63,627 bases of DNA, filler included, from Octopus bimaculoides (GCF_001194135.2; 4 parts of 4 records of this genome joined end to end with filler, not necessarily neighbours in it); one strand, 5' to 3'; counted from the whole stretch's first letter, positions 1 through 13,126 are shown. The notes: generated by a model from the sequence alone, not told the origin. A program made the numbers and translations.

Positions 1-99
1 ATAACAATATATGCGATTTTAATAAGCAGATTTCGTTGCATATAATTAAAAAAAAAAAACGACAAACAAACCGGAAAAACCAAGCCAAGAATGACGTAC

Positions 100-450
100 C
101 TGAAATCACGAGTATTTTTTTCAGCTTCTGGTAGACTGTCTTCCGAATCACTTCTGGCGTCGCGTTTGCTGCGATATCGTGTGGTCACAGACGATTCTGC
201 TGCCCGCCGACTGCTGCGAATGGATGGCGGGGCACTAACTTCTAAACACCTCCCTGATCTTCGTGGGTAATCTTTTCCGTAGTCTCGGCTGCTTGAGTAG
301 TCGACACTCGAACGGCTCCGACGTGTGTAATCAGTACCAAAGTCGAGAGGAGCTGAAACCTGTCGTTCCAGTTTACGTGTGGACGGAGATTTGTCTGAAC
401 GATATGAGGAATATGTGGAATATGGGGAGGCACTGCCGCTGTAGTCGTAT
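100..450 (-). CDS. Internal coding exon (351 nt, phase 2-2) of an unidentified Ser/Arg/Tyr-rich low-complexity protein gene
   Basis: Minus-strand acceptor ctttctccttacccacag (CAG at 451-453) and donor AG|gtacgt (GT at 98-99). Stop-free frame YDYSGSASPYSTYSSYRSDKSPSTRKLERQVSAPLDFGTDY...SDSEDSLPEAEKNTRDF. Phase matches the 13127-13542 exon (AG+A = Arg). This frame is absent from the ORF track. Confidence 0.85.
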
Positions 451-896
451 CTGTGGGTAAGGAGAAAGAATAGTAGAATTTAATAAAAAATGAAGTGTTA
501 ATGTCGTACTAACAATACAAACCAAAACGAAACAAACGGAGCAACGGCAAAAAAAAAAAAAAAAAAAAAGAGAGAGAGAGAGAAAAGAAACAGCGAAGCT
601 ATTAGGTGGAATGTGACGAAGGAGAATTCTTTAGTAGCTGCACCAGTAACCATTTACTGGGCCTTTGAGTTTGATGGAGTAAAGAGAGGAAGAACCACGG
701 CTCATACGTTATCCCTGGGAAGACACTCTTATCTGAATGTTTGCATCAGAGTAGACTCCGCTAACGACACCCAAAGAGTTAAAATAGGGTGATGGACTAA
801 GGCCATCCTTCAACAATATGTGCAATATGTCAGACAGAGCTTCCACACAGTTTCCGCCTATTCAGTTTCATTCACAAAGGGGTCATGCAATGGCGA

Positions 897-1301
897 CTAA
901 GTTGATTACATTGAACCCCAGTGTTCAACTGGTATTTATTTTATTGACTCAGAAAGGATGAAAGACAAGGCAGACCTCAGCGGAATTTGAACTCAGAATG
1001 TAAAAGATGGACGAAATGATGCTAAGCATTTTGCCCGGCGTGTTAACAATTTTGCTAACCCACCGCCTTATAACTCGTCTAATATTCTTTTCTACTCTAG
1101 GCACAAGGCCCAAAATTTTTGGGGAGGGTGCCAGTCGATCACATCGACCCCAGTACGCAACTGATACTTAATTTATCGACCCCGAAAGGATGAAAGGCAA
1201 AGTCGACCTCGGCGGAATTTGAACTCAGAACGTAAACAGAGACGAAATACCGCTAAGCATTTCGCCCAGCGTGCTAACGTTTCTGCCAGCTCGCCGCCTT
1301 A
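897..1301 (-). mobile_element. Two tandem tRNA-type SINE copies (group A)
   Basis: Reverse complement gives head GGCGGCGAGCTGGCAGAAACGTTAGCACG, B-box-like GAGTTCAAATTCC and core GAGGTCGACTTTGCCTTTCATCCTTTCGGGGTCGATAAA. More than 15 similar copies occur in the window. Confidence 0.85.
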
Positions 1302-1329
1302 TAGCTTGTTTAATATTAACATCTCCCTA

Positions 1330-1460
1330 GTTCCGCCGAGGTCAACTTTGCCTTTCATCCTTTCGGGGTCGACAAATTGAATACCAGTTGCGTACTGGAG
1401 GCCATCTAATCGAATGGCCCCACCCCCCAAAATTTTGGGCCTGTGTCTAGAGTAGAAAAA
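1330..1460 (+). mobile_element. 5'-truncated group A SINE, inverted relative to the 1082-1301 copy
   Basis: Same core and the same tail (cccaaaattttgggcctgtgtctagagtagaaaa) in the opposite orientation. Confidence 0.8.
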
Positions 1461-1881
1461 CTTAAAAATACACACTGACCTACAAAATAACCAAACTAAC
1501 CTCCGAAATCTACAACTCACCCAATCAAACAAAACCTCTTATAGCCTTATAACATTAAAACTCTCTTAAGAAGCAATATAATAACACTTATTTAAAATTA
1601 AGTATATAAATATCACAATTCACAAAAGACAAAATAAAACAAAACAAAAAACATACAAAAACGAAATTATCATTAATGTTATAAAAAAGAGAATTTCAAT
1701 CTTCAACTTAACCATAGTAAAATAAATTAACTTTCTCTCTAAGCCCACAATCTAGTAATTTATATAAACTAATTTTACTATTTAAAAACAATCTAGGAAG
1801 TACATTGTGATCAGGGGTGTACAACATCTTCTAGTCTGGCCGATACTGTGTTGCCGTGGTCTATCTATCTATCTATCTATC

Positions 1882-1943
<62 letters not shown>

Positions 1944-2174
1944 AAGAGGTTAACTACCGATTTTCCGTTATCTTTGGGTTCCAAAGCCTTGGGTCATGGA
2001 ATATTTATTCATCAACACACCTCTAACCTATTAATTATACATCCCGTGTGCATCTTAAGTACCATGAACAGTTCTACTTTATCTGCTTTACTGACTCTCT
2101 CCGTTCTCTTACCTATAGTAACCATTGCAACGGCCAATATTAAGCTAAATAAGCAGTAGCGTAAATAATTTTTT

Positions 2175-2755
2175 CTTCTAATAAGGCCTGAAATTTTGGA
2201 TAGGGCGTGGGGTGGGGTTCTAGGCGATTACATCGACTCAACAGGTACTTATTTCATCGACCCCAACGCTCGACTGGTGCTTATTTCATCGATACTTATT
2301 TTATCGACCCCGAAAGGACGAAAGGCAAGGTCAACTTCGATGGAATTTGAACTCAGAATGTAAAGACGAACGAATTACCACTACGCATTTTGTCCGGCTA
2401 TTTAAAAACAATCTAGGAAGTACATTGTGATCAGAGGTGTACAACATCTATGTAATAGTGTAATAATATATAACTATTACATATTATTACACTATAACAT
2501 AAAGCGACTCTACTAACTCGCCGCCTTATGTAATAGTGTAAATAATGGATTCAAATTTTGGCACAAGGCCAGAAACCGGTACTGAAGGTAAATCGATTAT
2601 ATCGACTCCAGTGATCAACTGGTACTTATCGACCCCCGAAAAGATGAAAGGCAAAGTCGACTTCGATGAAATTTGAACATAGAACGTAAAGACAGACGAA
2701 TTACCGCAACGCACTTTGTCCGGCGTGCTAACGATTCTGCCAACTTGTCACCTTA
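2175..2755 (-). mobile_element. Two group A SINE copies, the first interrupted by a short insertion
   Basis: Core and head motifs at 2175-2397, head remnant at 2513-2528, and a second copy at ~2550-2755. Confidence 0.75.
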
Positions 2756-3112
2756 TGTATGTATAATCTAAATAATGCAAATAAACACACGGTACATACA
2801 CCGTCACCTGTGGCGTCTACAGGAATTTCAAGTCACCCTTCGTAATTTATCCGGATTAAAGATTAAAGGAGGTGTTGGACCATCAACTGTCGGAAAATCG
2901 CTGGCGCACCTGTGTGCATATGTGTGATGCGTCACATATACACCAAGTGGTGTTGGCTAATGACGAGGACACAGTACCGAAAGAGATTAACTGGATTACC
3001 ATCAAGAAACTAACAGGTAAGTAGAAGTGACCATCACTCACACACACGCGCGTATGCACTCACTCACTCACTCAACCACTCCGTCACTTACAAACTCACT
3101 CATTCACTCATT

Positions 3113-3300
3113 CGCAGAATCGCAGATTTTAAGGGCAAGGCCAACTGGCAAGAATCCTCGAAGTGGACCACGGGCGAGATTCTTGGTTAAATATCCATAG
3201 CCTCGGATGATTTACTTGCGAATCCAGCCGGAACATTTGATTTTGTTAAGGCTTGTTTCTGATATGAGCGCCTGTCAGAGGTCCTTGGTCCCAAGATGCT
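3113..3300 (+). mobile_element. Degenerate 3' fragment of an RTE-type LINE
   Basis: Frameshifted translation ILRARPTGKNPRSGPRAR / WLNIHSLG / RIQPEHL resembles the RTE C-terminal (K/R)RPRGRPR.RW region. Confidence 0.45.
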
Positions 3301-3305
3301 GACGG

Positions 3306-3367
<62 letters not shown>

Positions 3368-4049
3368 ATTTTGGGAAGGATATATATATAAATGAATGAA
3401 TGGATGTATATGTGTGTGTGTGTGTATTTATATATAAGTATATATATGGATGAATGGATGGAAGTGTGTGTGTGTGTGTTGTATACGTCATAAGAATTTT
3501 ATGAAGATTCAGGAGAAGGTGAAATAATTGTATTCTGAAATTCTCGAAGTACTTATAAAGCATATTAATATTGGGTTGAGAAACGTCTTTTGCATAGACA
3601 AAGTCGAAGGTATCTCGTGGGACAATGGTAGAACATCTGTCATTCTACAAGAAGTGTGGGTTCGTCTCCGACGAACAACCTTTGACCTCTTCTATCTAAA
3701 AAAGGTTTTCCAGCTATTATTTATAGCTTTATGCGTGCTTCGAGAATGAAAAAAAATTATACATACATACAAATGCACACATACACACACACACACACAC
3801 ACATATTCATACAGCAATATATAGCAATTTATTCGAAGTAGAAGTTTCCCTTAGTTGCTATTCAGATATTTCCGGGTCCGTTCTACAACACAACTCTGTG
3901 CAAAACAGGAAATTATTCTGAGTAAAGACGGAGGGAACCCTTCCGTTCTGATTCAATGAACAAACCTTACTACACGTATTGAATATATTTCTTCTTCTCG
4001 CGTCTGTAGATCAGAGACACAATAGATTTTTTTTTTATACCCAGACCTA

Positions 4050-4482
4050 TTCCCCACTTTTTTTAGGAGGAGGTAGCCACAACAAGACACATACCAGGCA
4101 TTCTATTCATTTCCCAGCTCAAAGAAGCGAGCCCCGTTCTCTGCTCGGGTCAACGCATAGAACGCAACCCCCAATATCAGCAGCGGGGCCCGACAGCATA
4201 CGCTGGTTTACCCCGCCGCATCATGCTGGTTCTGTACCCCTTTGAGTAACATCAAATTCATTCATTCGTCGACAAACGCTCTCTAAGTTTTCCTATCATT
4301 TATAAATTCTCTTGCCTCTCTCACTCCAACACCTCTAATCACCAAAGCTTTCCTCACTCCATCCATCCACACAAACCGAGGCCTGCCTCTGGTTCTACTG
4401 CCTATCACTTCTGTCTTCACCACCCTCATTACCATCTGCTTCTCATCCATCCTCTCCATGTGGCCAAACCACCTCAACATTC
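4050..4482 (-). mobile_element. RTE-clade LINE 3' fragment (ORF C-terminus plus probable 3' UTR)
   Basis: LRWFGHMERM...GSRTRGRPRFVWMDGVRKAL matches the post-RT C-terminal motif of RTE LINEs. Confidence 0.75.
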
Positions 4483-4852
4483 GTCAACAAGACACAATAG
4501 TACTACTCTTAAAAGCAAACAGATAAAACAACATGAAATGGAAACGTATAGGACATGTAATGTTTACAACTTCTAAACAAAATGACCAAACGGGCCCTGC
4601 TTGAAAATAATGACCTTAACGGTAAATAAAAATACCTGATGAAAGGATGACCTCCTGCACAAGGTCGAAATAATATGATCTGAAATCTTCTCGTTTTGTG
4701 AGACGTGAACAAAGAACTGAAGAACTGCATTTTGGAGGGAGCAACGTAACACTTCTGATAATGATATTAAAATAGACAGACGTAAATTTCACCGAAATTT
4801 TTAAAATGTAGGTACGTGACAGGCGCAAGGTATAGCTCTTTAGTGAAGAAGT

Positions 4853-5238
4853 CCGCTTCATCACTATGGGGTAACGGGTTCGATTCTGCTACGCAGTACT
4901 TTAGGCAAGTGTCTTGTACGATTGCCTAAGGTTGTGAGCAGAATTGAATTTGCTCTACGAAAACGTGGGAAACCTGTCACAATATGTATGTATATATGGG
5001 GAGAGCGGTCACCATTTCTCCTTCCATGTCGGCTATCTCTGACGAGTGTATGTATGTATGTATGCATGCATGTGTGTGTGTGTGTGTATTGATTTCGGGT
5101 TTTTTATGTCAAAGTACTAACCTATCTTATTGATCCCTTTTTAACGAACGACTAAGTTCCGCAGACGATATTACCATGTAAACCCGTCGAAGGCTTTGTT
5201 CCAGCATGGCCGTAGTCAAATAACCCAAAAAAGAAAAT
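4853..5238 (+). mobile_element. Degenerate group B SINE (internal microsatellite)
   Basis: ggcaagtgtcttgtacgattgcc core, internal (TATG/TG)n and tail ccagcatggccgtagtcaaat, shared with the 26087-26478 copy. Confidence 0.6.
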
Positions 5239-5688
5239 TTTGATGGAGTTATTGTGACCTTAGTAATGTCAGATAAGAGAAGGGTGTTTTCCTTTTTGTA
5301 TTGTAAAATATCGTAAGATGAGTAAGTGAAAATGATTTAGAATTTGTTAACACCATATCAAGTACAGAAGGAGCACTGTGTCGCAGCGATAAGGCATAAA
5401 ACAAACAACAACAACTAAAAAAAAACAACTTGGAATTTACTTGAAACTGAAAAGTGGCGATAAATAAAACATAATGGTGTTTATTTATCTGCCGTCGCTC
5501 TGCTTTCGTATTGGAAACCCTGTGGCGTGTATTGGTATCTACCAAAATATTGTAAAATATTTAACTTCGACCCCTTATACCAACGGCCCCTGACCTTTTT
5601 ATTTTGTACTGGTTTCATGCAAGGCAATTTCTCCATGGACCATGCGCATAACAAAACACAATGAAAGTTCTTAATATATATATTTAAT

Positions 5689-5689
<1 letters not shown>

Positions 5690-5776
<87 letters not shown>

Positions 5777-6144
5777 CATATGTAATGCTAAAACACCCTG
5801 TGGTTGCAGTAGTCAATAAAATCAAAATGAAATCTTGACATTTATTCTGTCTGTGCGTCTCGATATCAAATGGTTGGAAACTCCGATCATACACCAGTAT
5901 TTAACAACCTTTTTCGGATTACAGCTCATTTCAATTTTCTTAAAAACTGTGCATCCCTTCTTGAACAGAGTTAGTACATACATACATACATACAAATATA
6001 TACGTATATATATATATATATACATATATACATACATACACTCATATATATATATGTATACATACATACACACACATATATATGCATACATACACACACA
6101 CACACATTATATACACACATACATATATATATATATACATACAT

Positions 6145-6175
<31 letters not shown>

Positions 6176-6205
6176 CATACATACATACATACATACATAC
6201 ACAAG
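5690..6205. repeat. Compound (CA)/(TA)/(TACA)n microsatellites; representative of dozens of similar tracts (e.g. 23393-23770, 29870-30250, 31640-32290, 46680-46760)
   Basis: Seen directly in the sequence. Confidence 0.95.
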
Positions 6206-6814
6206 TATTAATGAATGAGAAGAGAACGGGAGTCACGTAATCCCCTTCATTTCCTTACACCTGTTTCTGCTATAGGATGTTGCACACGTACTCAATTCTG
6301 ACTGCACTGCTTCTTATAACAGAAACCGCTGGAAGGTAATGAAGATCATTAAGTGACTCCTCTTCTCTTGTACAATAAGTCTAAGTGCCGTAGCGAGAAA
6401 TTAATCACACGCGGGCGTGCGCATATATGTTGTGTGGTATAGAAGCGCGCTGGAGGGTGCGATACGTAACCAAATGTTTGGGCAAAGTAGGAAGTTCTGC
6501 TAGCCACTCCTTCTTCCAGCGTGATTAGATGGATACCATCAAAGTGCCGGATAGGATATTGTGCATAATTCGAGCCACGTTTCAGTAATAACAAACACAG
6601 GAAATGTAATTGGTATTTTTAGCTTTATAAAGCGTACACGTGTTTCAGTAAACCGACAGTCATTATAACGAAAGGTAATTAACCAGATGTAATAGAATTG
6701 ATTAACTTCCGCTGAGTAATGTAAGGCTAAAACACCCTAATTTTCCGTCAAACATTGACGCAATAACAACGTTCACCAAACATTTATTATACATTAAATA
6801 TTCTGACTATATTA

Positions 6815-7125
6815 CGGGCTCACAATCATGAGGTAGTGAGTTCGAATCGCGCACTGCGCTGGGTTGTGTTCTTGAGCAAGACACCTTATTTCACTTCGTT
6901 CCGGTTCACTCAGCTGTAGAAATAAGTTGCGACGTCACAGGTGCCAAGTTGTATCGGCCTTTGCCTTTCCCTTGGATAACATCAGTAGCGTAGAGAGGGG
7001 AGGCTAGCATGCATGAGTGACTGCTAGTTTTCCAGAAACAGCCTTACCCAGACTTGTGGCTCGGAGAGTAACTTTCTAGGTGCAATCCCATGGTCATTCA
7101 TGACCAAAGGAGGTCTTTACCCTTT
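6815..7125 (+). mobile_element. tRNA-type SINE (group D central module, tail type 1)
   Basis: B-box gagttcgaatc followed by gttgtgttcttgagcaagacac...cactcagctgtagaaat, a module shared with the 17941-18190 and 20483-20705 copies. Confidence 0.65.
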
Positions 7126-7530
7126 ATCAACATAATACGACTGAATTTGTATTGTTCTTTATCAATTTCGTTAAGTATTTCCATTAAATTTCTTTAAATA
7201 TTTCTTAGTAAAATATGGCACAAGAGAACGAAGGAATTATTGATTTTAAATCAAGAAAGTTTTCATTAATTTTATGTTTGGATTTTATTTTAGAAATTTA
7301 CAAGATGAGGATCAATAAGTTACCAACAATTTCATGACGAAGTCTATGACATAAGTAGTTTGTCGACCTCTGCTTTAAACAGTTTTTACAGCGGGAGAAA
7401 ATTGAAGACATAATCGATACATTGAACATTATCAAACAATGTTATAAAGGTCTTATACATTTACACATCAAACTAGAAATATGAATATTCATAAAACATG
7501 GAATTTCCACGGGTTCCGGAGGAGTTCCCA

Positions 7531-8415
7531 TAAGGTAGTGAGCTGGCAGAATCATTAGCACGCTGGGCGAAATGCTTAGCGGTATTTCGTCTGCAGCTAC
7601 GTTCGGAGTTCAAATTCCGCCGAGGTCGACTTAGCCTTTCATCCTTTCGGAGTCGATTAAATAAGTGCCAGTTACGCAATGGAGTCGATGTAATCAACTT
7701 AATCCCTTTGTCTGTCCCTCTATGTTTAGCCCCTTGTGGGCAATAAAGAAATAAGAATCGTTAGCACGCTGTACAAGCATTCTTAGTGGCATTTCGTCCG
7801 TCTTTACGTTCTCAGTTCAAATTCTGCCGAGGTCGACTTCATCTTTCATCGATTCTGGGTCGATAAAATAAGTACCCCCTTCCCCGAAATTGCTGGCTTT
7901 GTGCCAAAATTTGAAATCATTATTTTTATTGACGGTGAGCTGGCAGAATCGTTAGCACACTGGACAAAATTCTTAGCGGTATTCAGTCCAGCTTTACGTT
8001 CTGAGTTCAATTTCCGCCGAGGTCAACTTTGCCTTTCATCCTTTCGGGATCAATAAAATAAGATAACAATACCAATTGAGCAGTGGTGTCGATATAATCG
8101 ACTTCCCGACCCCCTCAGCATGGCTGGCCTTGTTCCAAATTAAGAAAGAATTATTATGATGAGTCTCGGAAGAAAAGGCGAGAGGGTATGTTTTTTGTTT
8201 TCATTTCTATTCTTCGCTCACACAAAGGCGTTGAGTCGATAGAAGCGTTAGAGCGGTATTTTCTTCCGACATATTACGTTCTTATTTCAAATTACGCCAA
8301 GGTAAACTCTTCCTTTCATCTCTCCTGCGTCCATAAAATAAAGTACCAGTCAAGTACTGGGGTCGATGGTATCCACTTACTCCTTCTATTAAAATGCTGG
8401 CCTTGTGCATAAATG
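7531..8415 (+). mobile_element. Head-to-tail cluster of four group A SINEs
   Basis: Copies start at about 7531, 7756, 7933 and 8225 and repeat the head, B-box and core motifs with differing decay. Confidence 0.85.
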
Positions 8416-9485
8416 AGAAACTACACTTTACACATAAGTAATGATTTTGTCCTCCTCGTTTCTCTGTCAGTTTTTCTCCAGTTACGGCTAAGCTTTCTTA
8501 TAAATATTTAAAAATTGATGAAGTGTTCCTTTGAGAAACGATTCAAAATTATTCTTTGAATATTATCCAAAACAAATTACTTCAAAAGTAATATTCTTTT
8601 AAAAACACAGTAACACTATTTTGTTTTTGTTTTTGCAATAAATTTACCGTTTCCCACAGTTTCAATATATTGTTACTGAAAGAAAAATACCACTTTCGTT
8701 TCAAAGGAGAAACATTTTGGTAGATGTTGATTGACGCTATGATAACCGGGAAGTGTATTCGGGTCGGTGGGAAGCCGGTCCGTGCATNNNNNNNNNNNNN
8801 NNNNNNNNNNNNNNNNNNNNNNNNNNNNNNNNNNNGATCGCTGAAGCGTTGAGAGTGGGTCAAGAACCGTTTTCAAACGACTTATTTTTAGAGTTTGAAT
8901 ACATAAAGCAACACTTTGAAAAATAAAAAATTCACACAAGGGACCATTGAAGGTGAAAGAGAAGAAAATAAATTTTTTTAAAAAAATGGAGAGAGAAAGA
9001 AAGAGCGAAGCAAAAAAGGGAAACGATTCAAATAGAAAAAATAATGGAGAGAGTGAGAGAAAGGGTAGGGGAGAAAGATAATGAAAAAAAAGAGAGAAAG
9101 GGTCGGGGAGAAACATAAATAAATAATAAAAGGTGGGGGAGGAGCAACATGGAATAAAATATAAAGTAAGGCATTCATTGTGTAGACGCCATTATTGTCA
9201 AGAAGCAGACGATAAAATAAAACACTTCTTATTCACAACTTACACATTCTGCAATGGTAATCCTGAAAATATATATCCAATTTTTTTTCGCACAGTAGAA
9301 AGTTTTACTTAGTTATTATACTCCATATCCATTTTTGAGTTTCGTGTTTCGTTTTAATATATAATTTTTTTTTTTTTTCGCAATTTCGATTATTTATTAC
9401 ATTTTTAATTTGTTGCACTTTTTTTCCATTATATTTTATTTCCTTTTCTTGTATTTTCACACATATAGACATATATGTATGTATG

Positions 9486-9530
<45 letters not shown>

Positions 9531-10307
9531 TTATTTATATAATGTGTGTGTGTGTGTATATATATATATATCTTTATATGTTTACAAATGCCAAGAAATT
9601 CGAATGACTTTTGTGTTTTTTTTTTTTTGCTCTTTTATTTGTTGGTAATCTCCTCTTTTTCCCCCCTTTCTAATACCGACAAATTGAAAGGAAAACACAG
9701 ACACCAGAAACAAACCCCACACTCCTGGCTTCCGTTACTTTCTACTGTCAAGGTAAAGACTCTAAATTCTTGGAGTACAGCCGGAGTCGAAATGACGCAT
9801 TTGGTATTAATCCTCGCCGTCTGGAGAAACGTTTAAAAGAACAACCGAAACGAGAAGCTACGAGACATAGATAAACAAAATTTTGTATAGTAGTTTCTCT
9901 AAAACAAACAAACAAAAATAGAAACATGCGCCAAATACAAAAGTGATCTTATCGTTGGCATTATTTATATATTTATTTATATACACATGTATTTTTATGA
10001 TTCAGGGTGCTGGTTCTAGGAGAAGCTAGAAACTTAACCGAGTGACAATATGCTACCATTTCTCCAACTATATTAGGTAGACTGTTCTGCACATATGTGT
10101 TCTATCATCGCTCAGTGCATTCGTCTATAAACCTGCCTAGGTAGTTAGTTTTACCCTGGTCCTTTCATTACTTCAGGGGTGCAGTCACGGATGAGACTGT
10201 GAACGAAAATACTGGTGCAGTTTGTAATGCCACCTACTCACGGTAGATATCAAATTGCAATGGCTACTTGCTGTTATACCAAATTAGCAACAGTTCGTCA
10301 GCATAAT

Positions 10308-10366
<59 letters not shown>

Positions 10367-10654
10367 ATGTATACATCTGTATGCTTTCAGTTAAGCATAT
10401 TTATATTCAGTTAAGCATATATTACAGATAATACGGTAGCTTGAGAGGAAAAATTAATTATCTTTATGATAAAATAAAACTGCAGGTTTTGTTGATTCTT
10501 AGAACTCTACACATATTATATATCAATTACTTTTATTAAGCTTTTGCAATAGTATAAAACTACCATTTGTAAAACACGAATAATACAAGAAGTCAATTAT
10601 AGGACTACCTTAGCTCTCTTACTCTCTCTCTCTTTTCGTATGCATGTGTGTGTA

Positions 10655-10698
<44 letters not shown>

Positions 10699-10857
10699 CA
10701 TACACACGAGTGAATGGGGCGAGAGCGCTAAGGTAGCCCTCTCTCTCTCTCTATCTCTATCTANNNNNNNNNNACTGCCAGGCTTTAAGTTATCATGAAT
10801 GGCATAGCAAACTTAAATTAAAAGATAATAAAATGTAGAGCCCATCCTATCATATAT

Positions 10858-10897
<40 letters not shown>

Positions 10898-11266
10898 TTA
10901 TGGTGGGAATACTAAGTAAGAAGTACGTTTTTTAAGGAGTCTGATTCTAGGTTGAATCTTAATTCACCTTATTTACTCAACTAATGCCCATTTCCTTAAT
11001 CTGATTACATAATCCCATTTCCTTGAGCTGTAAAACCTGTAGTTTTCTGCCGTAAAGGGTAAAATAAATGATCACTATGCACGGTTGCGCGGTTAAGAAG
11101 TTCACCTGAATATTGTGGATATTAAGGAAAGCCACTACGTTTTGGTTTCAAGACCAAAATTCCTTTTGATCAGGTTTTAGGATTTTAAGGAAGGACCTTT
11201 GGTGTTCTTGCCCTTGTTTTGTCCTTAATCCTTACGTTGTTTCAGCCATTGGACGGTGACCTTGCT

Positions 11267-11594
11267 GGGACACTGCAGTTGTTGGCACTCCGTCGCTTAC
11301 GACGTCGAGGGTTCCAGTTGATCCGATCAACGAAACAGCCTGCTCGTGAAATTAACGTGCAAGTGGCTGAGCACTCCACAGACACGTGTACCCTTAACGT
11401 AGTTCTCGGGGATATTCAGCGTGACACAGTGTGACAAGGCTGACCCTTTTGCATTACAGGCACAACAGAAACAGGAAGTAAGAGTGAGAGAAAGTTGTGG
11501 TGGAAGAGTATACAGCAGGGTTCGCCACCTTCCCCTGCCGGAGCCTCATGGAGCTTTAGGTGTTTTCGCTCAATAAACACTCACAATGCCCGGT
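11267..11594 (-). mobile_element. Group C SINE (head lost in the N gap)
   Basis: Reverse complement gagtgtttattgagcgaaaacacctaaagctcc...caactttctctcactcttacttcctgtttc, then tail ...gttaagggtacacgtgtctgtggagtgctcagcc. Confidence 0.75.
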
Positions 11595-11811
11595 NNNNNN
11601 NNNNNNNNNNNNNNNNNNNNNNNNNNNNNNNNNNNNNNNNNNNNNNNNNNNNNNNNNNNNNNNNNNNNNNNNNNNNNNNNNNNNNNNNNNNNNNNNNNNN
11701 NNNNNNNNNNNNNNNNNACTGCTAGGTATTTCGTCCTGCGTGCTAACGACTCTGCCAGCTCCACGTCCTGGGATACTGCATTGAAGGGCTTAAAAACCCA
11801 CACCAGTGCGT

Positions 11812-11912
11812 ATTTTTAAAGTCTGATACTTATTCTCTCGGACTCTTTGCCGCATCGCTAAGTTACAGGGACGCAAACAAACCGACACTGGTTGTCAAGT
11901 GACGAGAGTAGG

Positions 11913-11950
<38 letters not shown>

Positions 11951-12096
11951 TGGACTTCCACACAGTTTCTGTCTACCAAATTCTCTCACAAGTTATTGGT
12001 CGGTCCGATGCTGTAGTAGATCCCGCACAATAGGATTGAACCCAAAACCACGTGGTAGCAAAGCGCGCTTCTTAATCACACAATCATGGCTGCGTC
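11812..12096 (-). mobile_element. Group B SINE
   Basis: Matches group B around an internal (CA)n tract. Confidence 0.65.
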
Positions 12097-12559
12097 TTTA
12101 ACCACAGAACAATTCTGATCGAACAAAATCTGATGACCAAAGTCATTTTATGGCCATCTTTTACTCAAAGAGTAGAATCTCGAGAAAGATTTGGCTGTTA
12201 TTTCTCTCTGATGGATATAGTATTATTGTACTTCGAACAATTATTGTCTTGGTCTTATGTTTGTAGGAAACGATTCAGGTATTTAGTGGCGTCTTAAGGC
12301 GTGGGTACACTGGGCAGATGCCCAGGGGCGCCCCGGTTTTAGGATCCCAATTCTGATCTAAATATGCTTTGCTTTGTTGTCAATAAACAAATACTATAAG
12401 ACCCTATATATTGGTTACTTGGCAACAGCGACGACGACGACGGCAACGGCGGTGACGATGTCAGCAGCAGCAGCCTGCGTTTGTGTCATAGATCCAACCC
12501 AGCCCAGACAGCAACAACATCACGAAGTATCTATATGATTTTTTTTATTGTCTCCATAA

Positions 12560-12775
12560 GAAGGTGGTGAGCTGGCAGAATCGTTAGCATGTCAGGTAAA
12601 ATTCTTAGCGGCATTTCATTTGTCTTTACGTTCTGAGTTCAAATTCCACCGAACTCGTCATTACTTTTCATATTTTCAGGGTCGATAAAAAAAAAAGTAC
12701 CAGTTATACACTAGTGTCAATGTAATCAACTAGTTCCCTCCACTGAAAATATTCGGACCCTGTGCTTTTAGTAGA
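12560..12775 (+). mobile_element. Group A SINE
   Basis: aaggtggtgagctggcagaatcgttagc head, gagttcaaattcc box and core. Confidence 0.75.
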
Positions 12776-13126
12776 AAGATTTATTACAAATACTTCTGAT
12801 AAACCGAACGTATATAGTTATTTAGCTTCAGACCAGTCAGCCTTGTTTAAGTAGATTTATGATCTAAGGCGTTCTTCTGTGACCAATGCCTGATGTTCTA
12901 AGGGTCAGTGGAGCGATACGGGTCACATTAACCACATTAACTTGCCTACAGTTTAAGCTTCAACGTAGCTCTCTTTTTTTTTAACCCTAATTTCTTCAAC
13001 TCCCAGATGATAGAAAGAAAGGGCCAAAATGGTAGATGAAACAAATGAATGTGACTAATTCTTTTATGAACTTATAAAATCTCCCCCATTTTAGAAATAA
13101 AAAAAGTGAATCAACGAAAAACTCAC

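Noticed and set aside
2800-2855. VYRNFKSPFVIYPD resembling a Polinton pPolB PFVIYAD motif
   Set aside because: The match is short, a stop follows immediately, and no other polymerase motifs are nearby.
6349-6600. Minus-strand ORF and an alternative-frame VFVITETWL (APE endonuclease-like) motif
   Set aside because: A single short motif with no convincing continuation; at most a very old LINE trace.
9745-9830. Possible minus-strand cassette exon (tttctccag|ACGGCG...)
   Set aside because: The phase-2 frame needed by the host gene hits a stop, the donor is weak, and the composition does not match the host exons.
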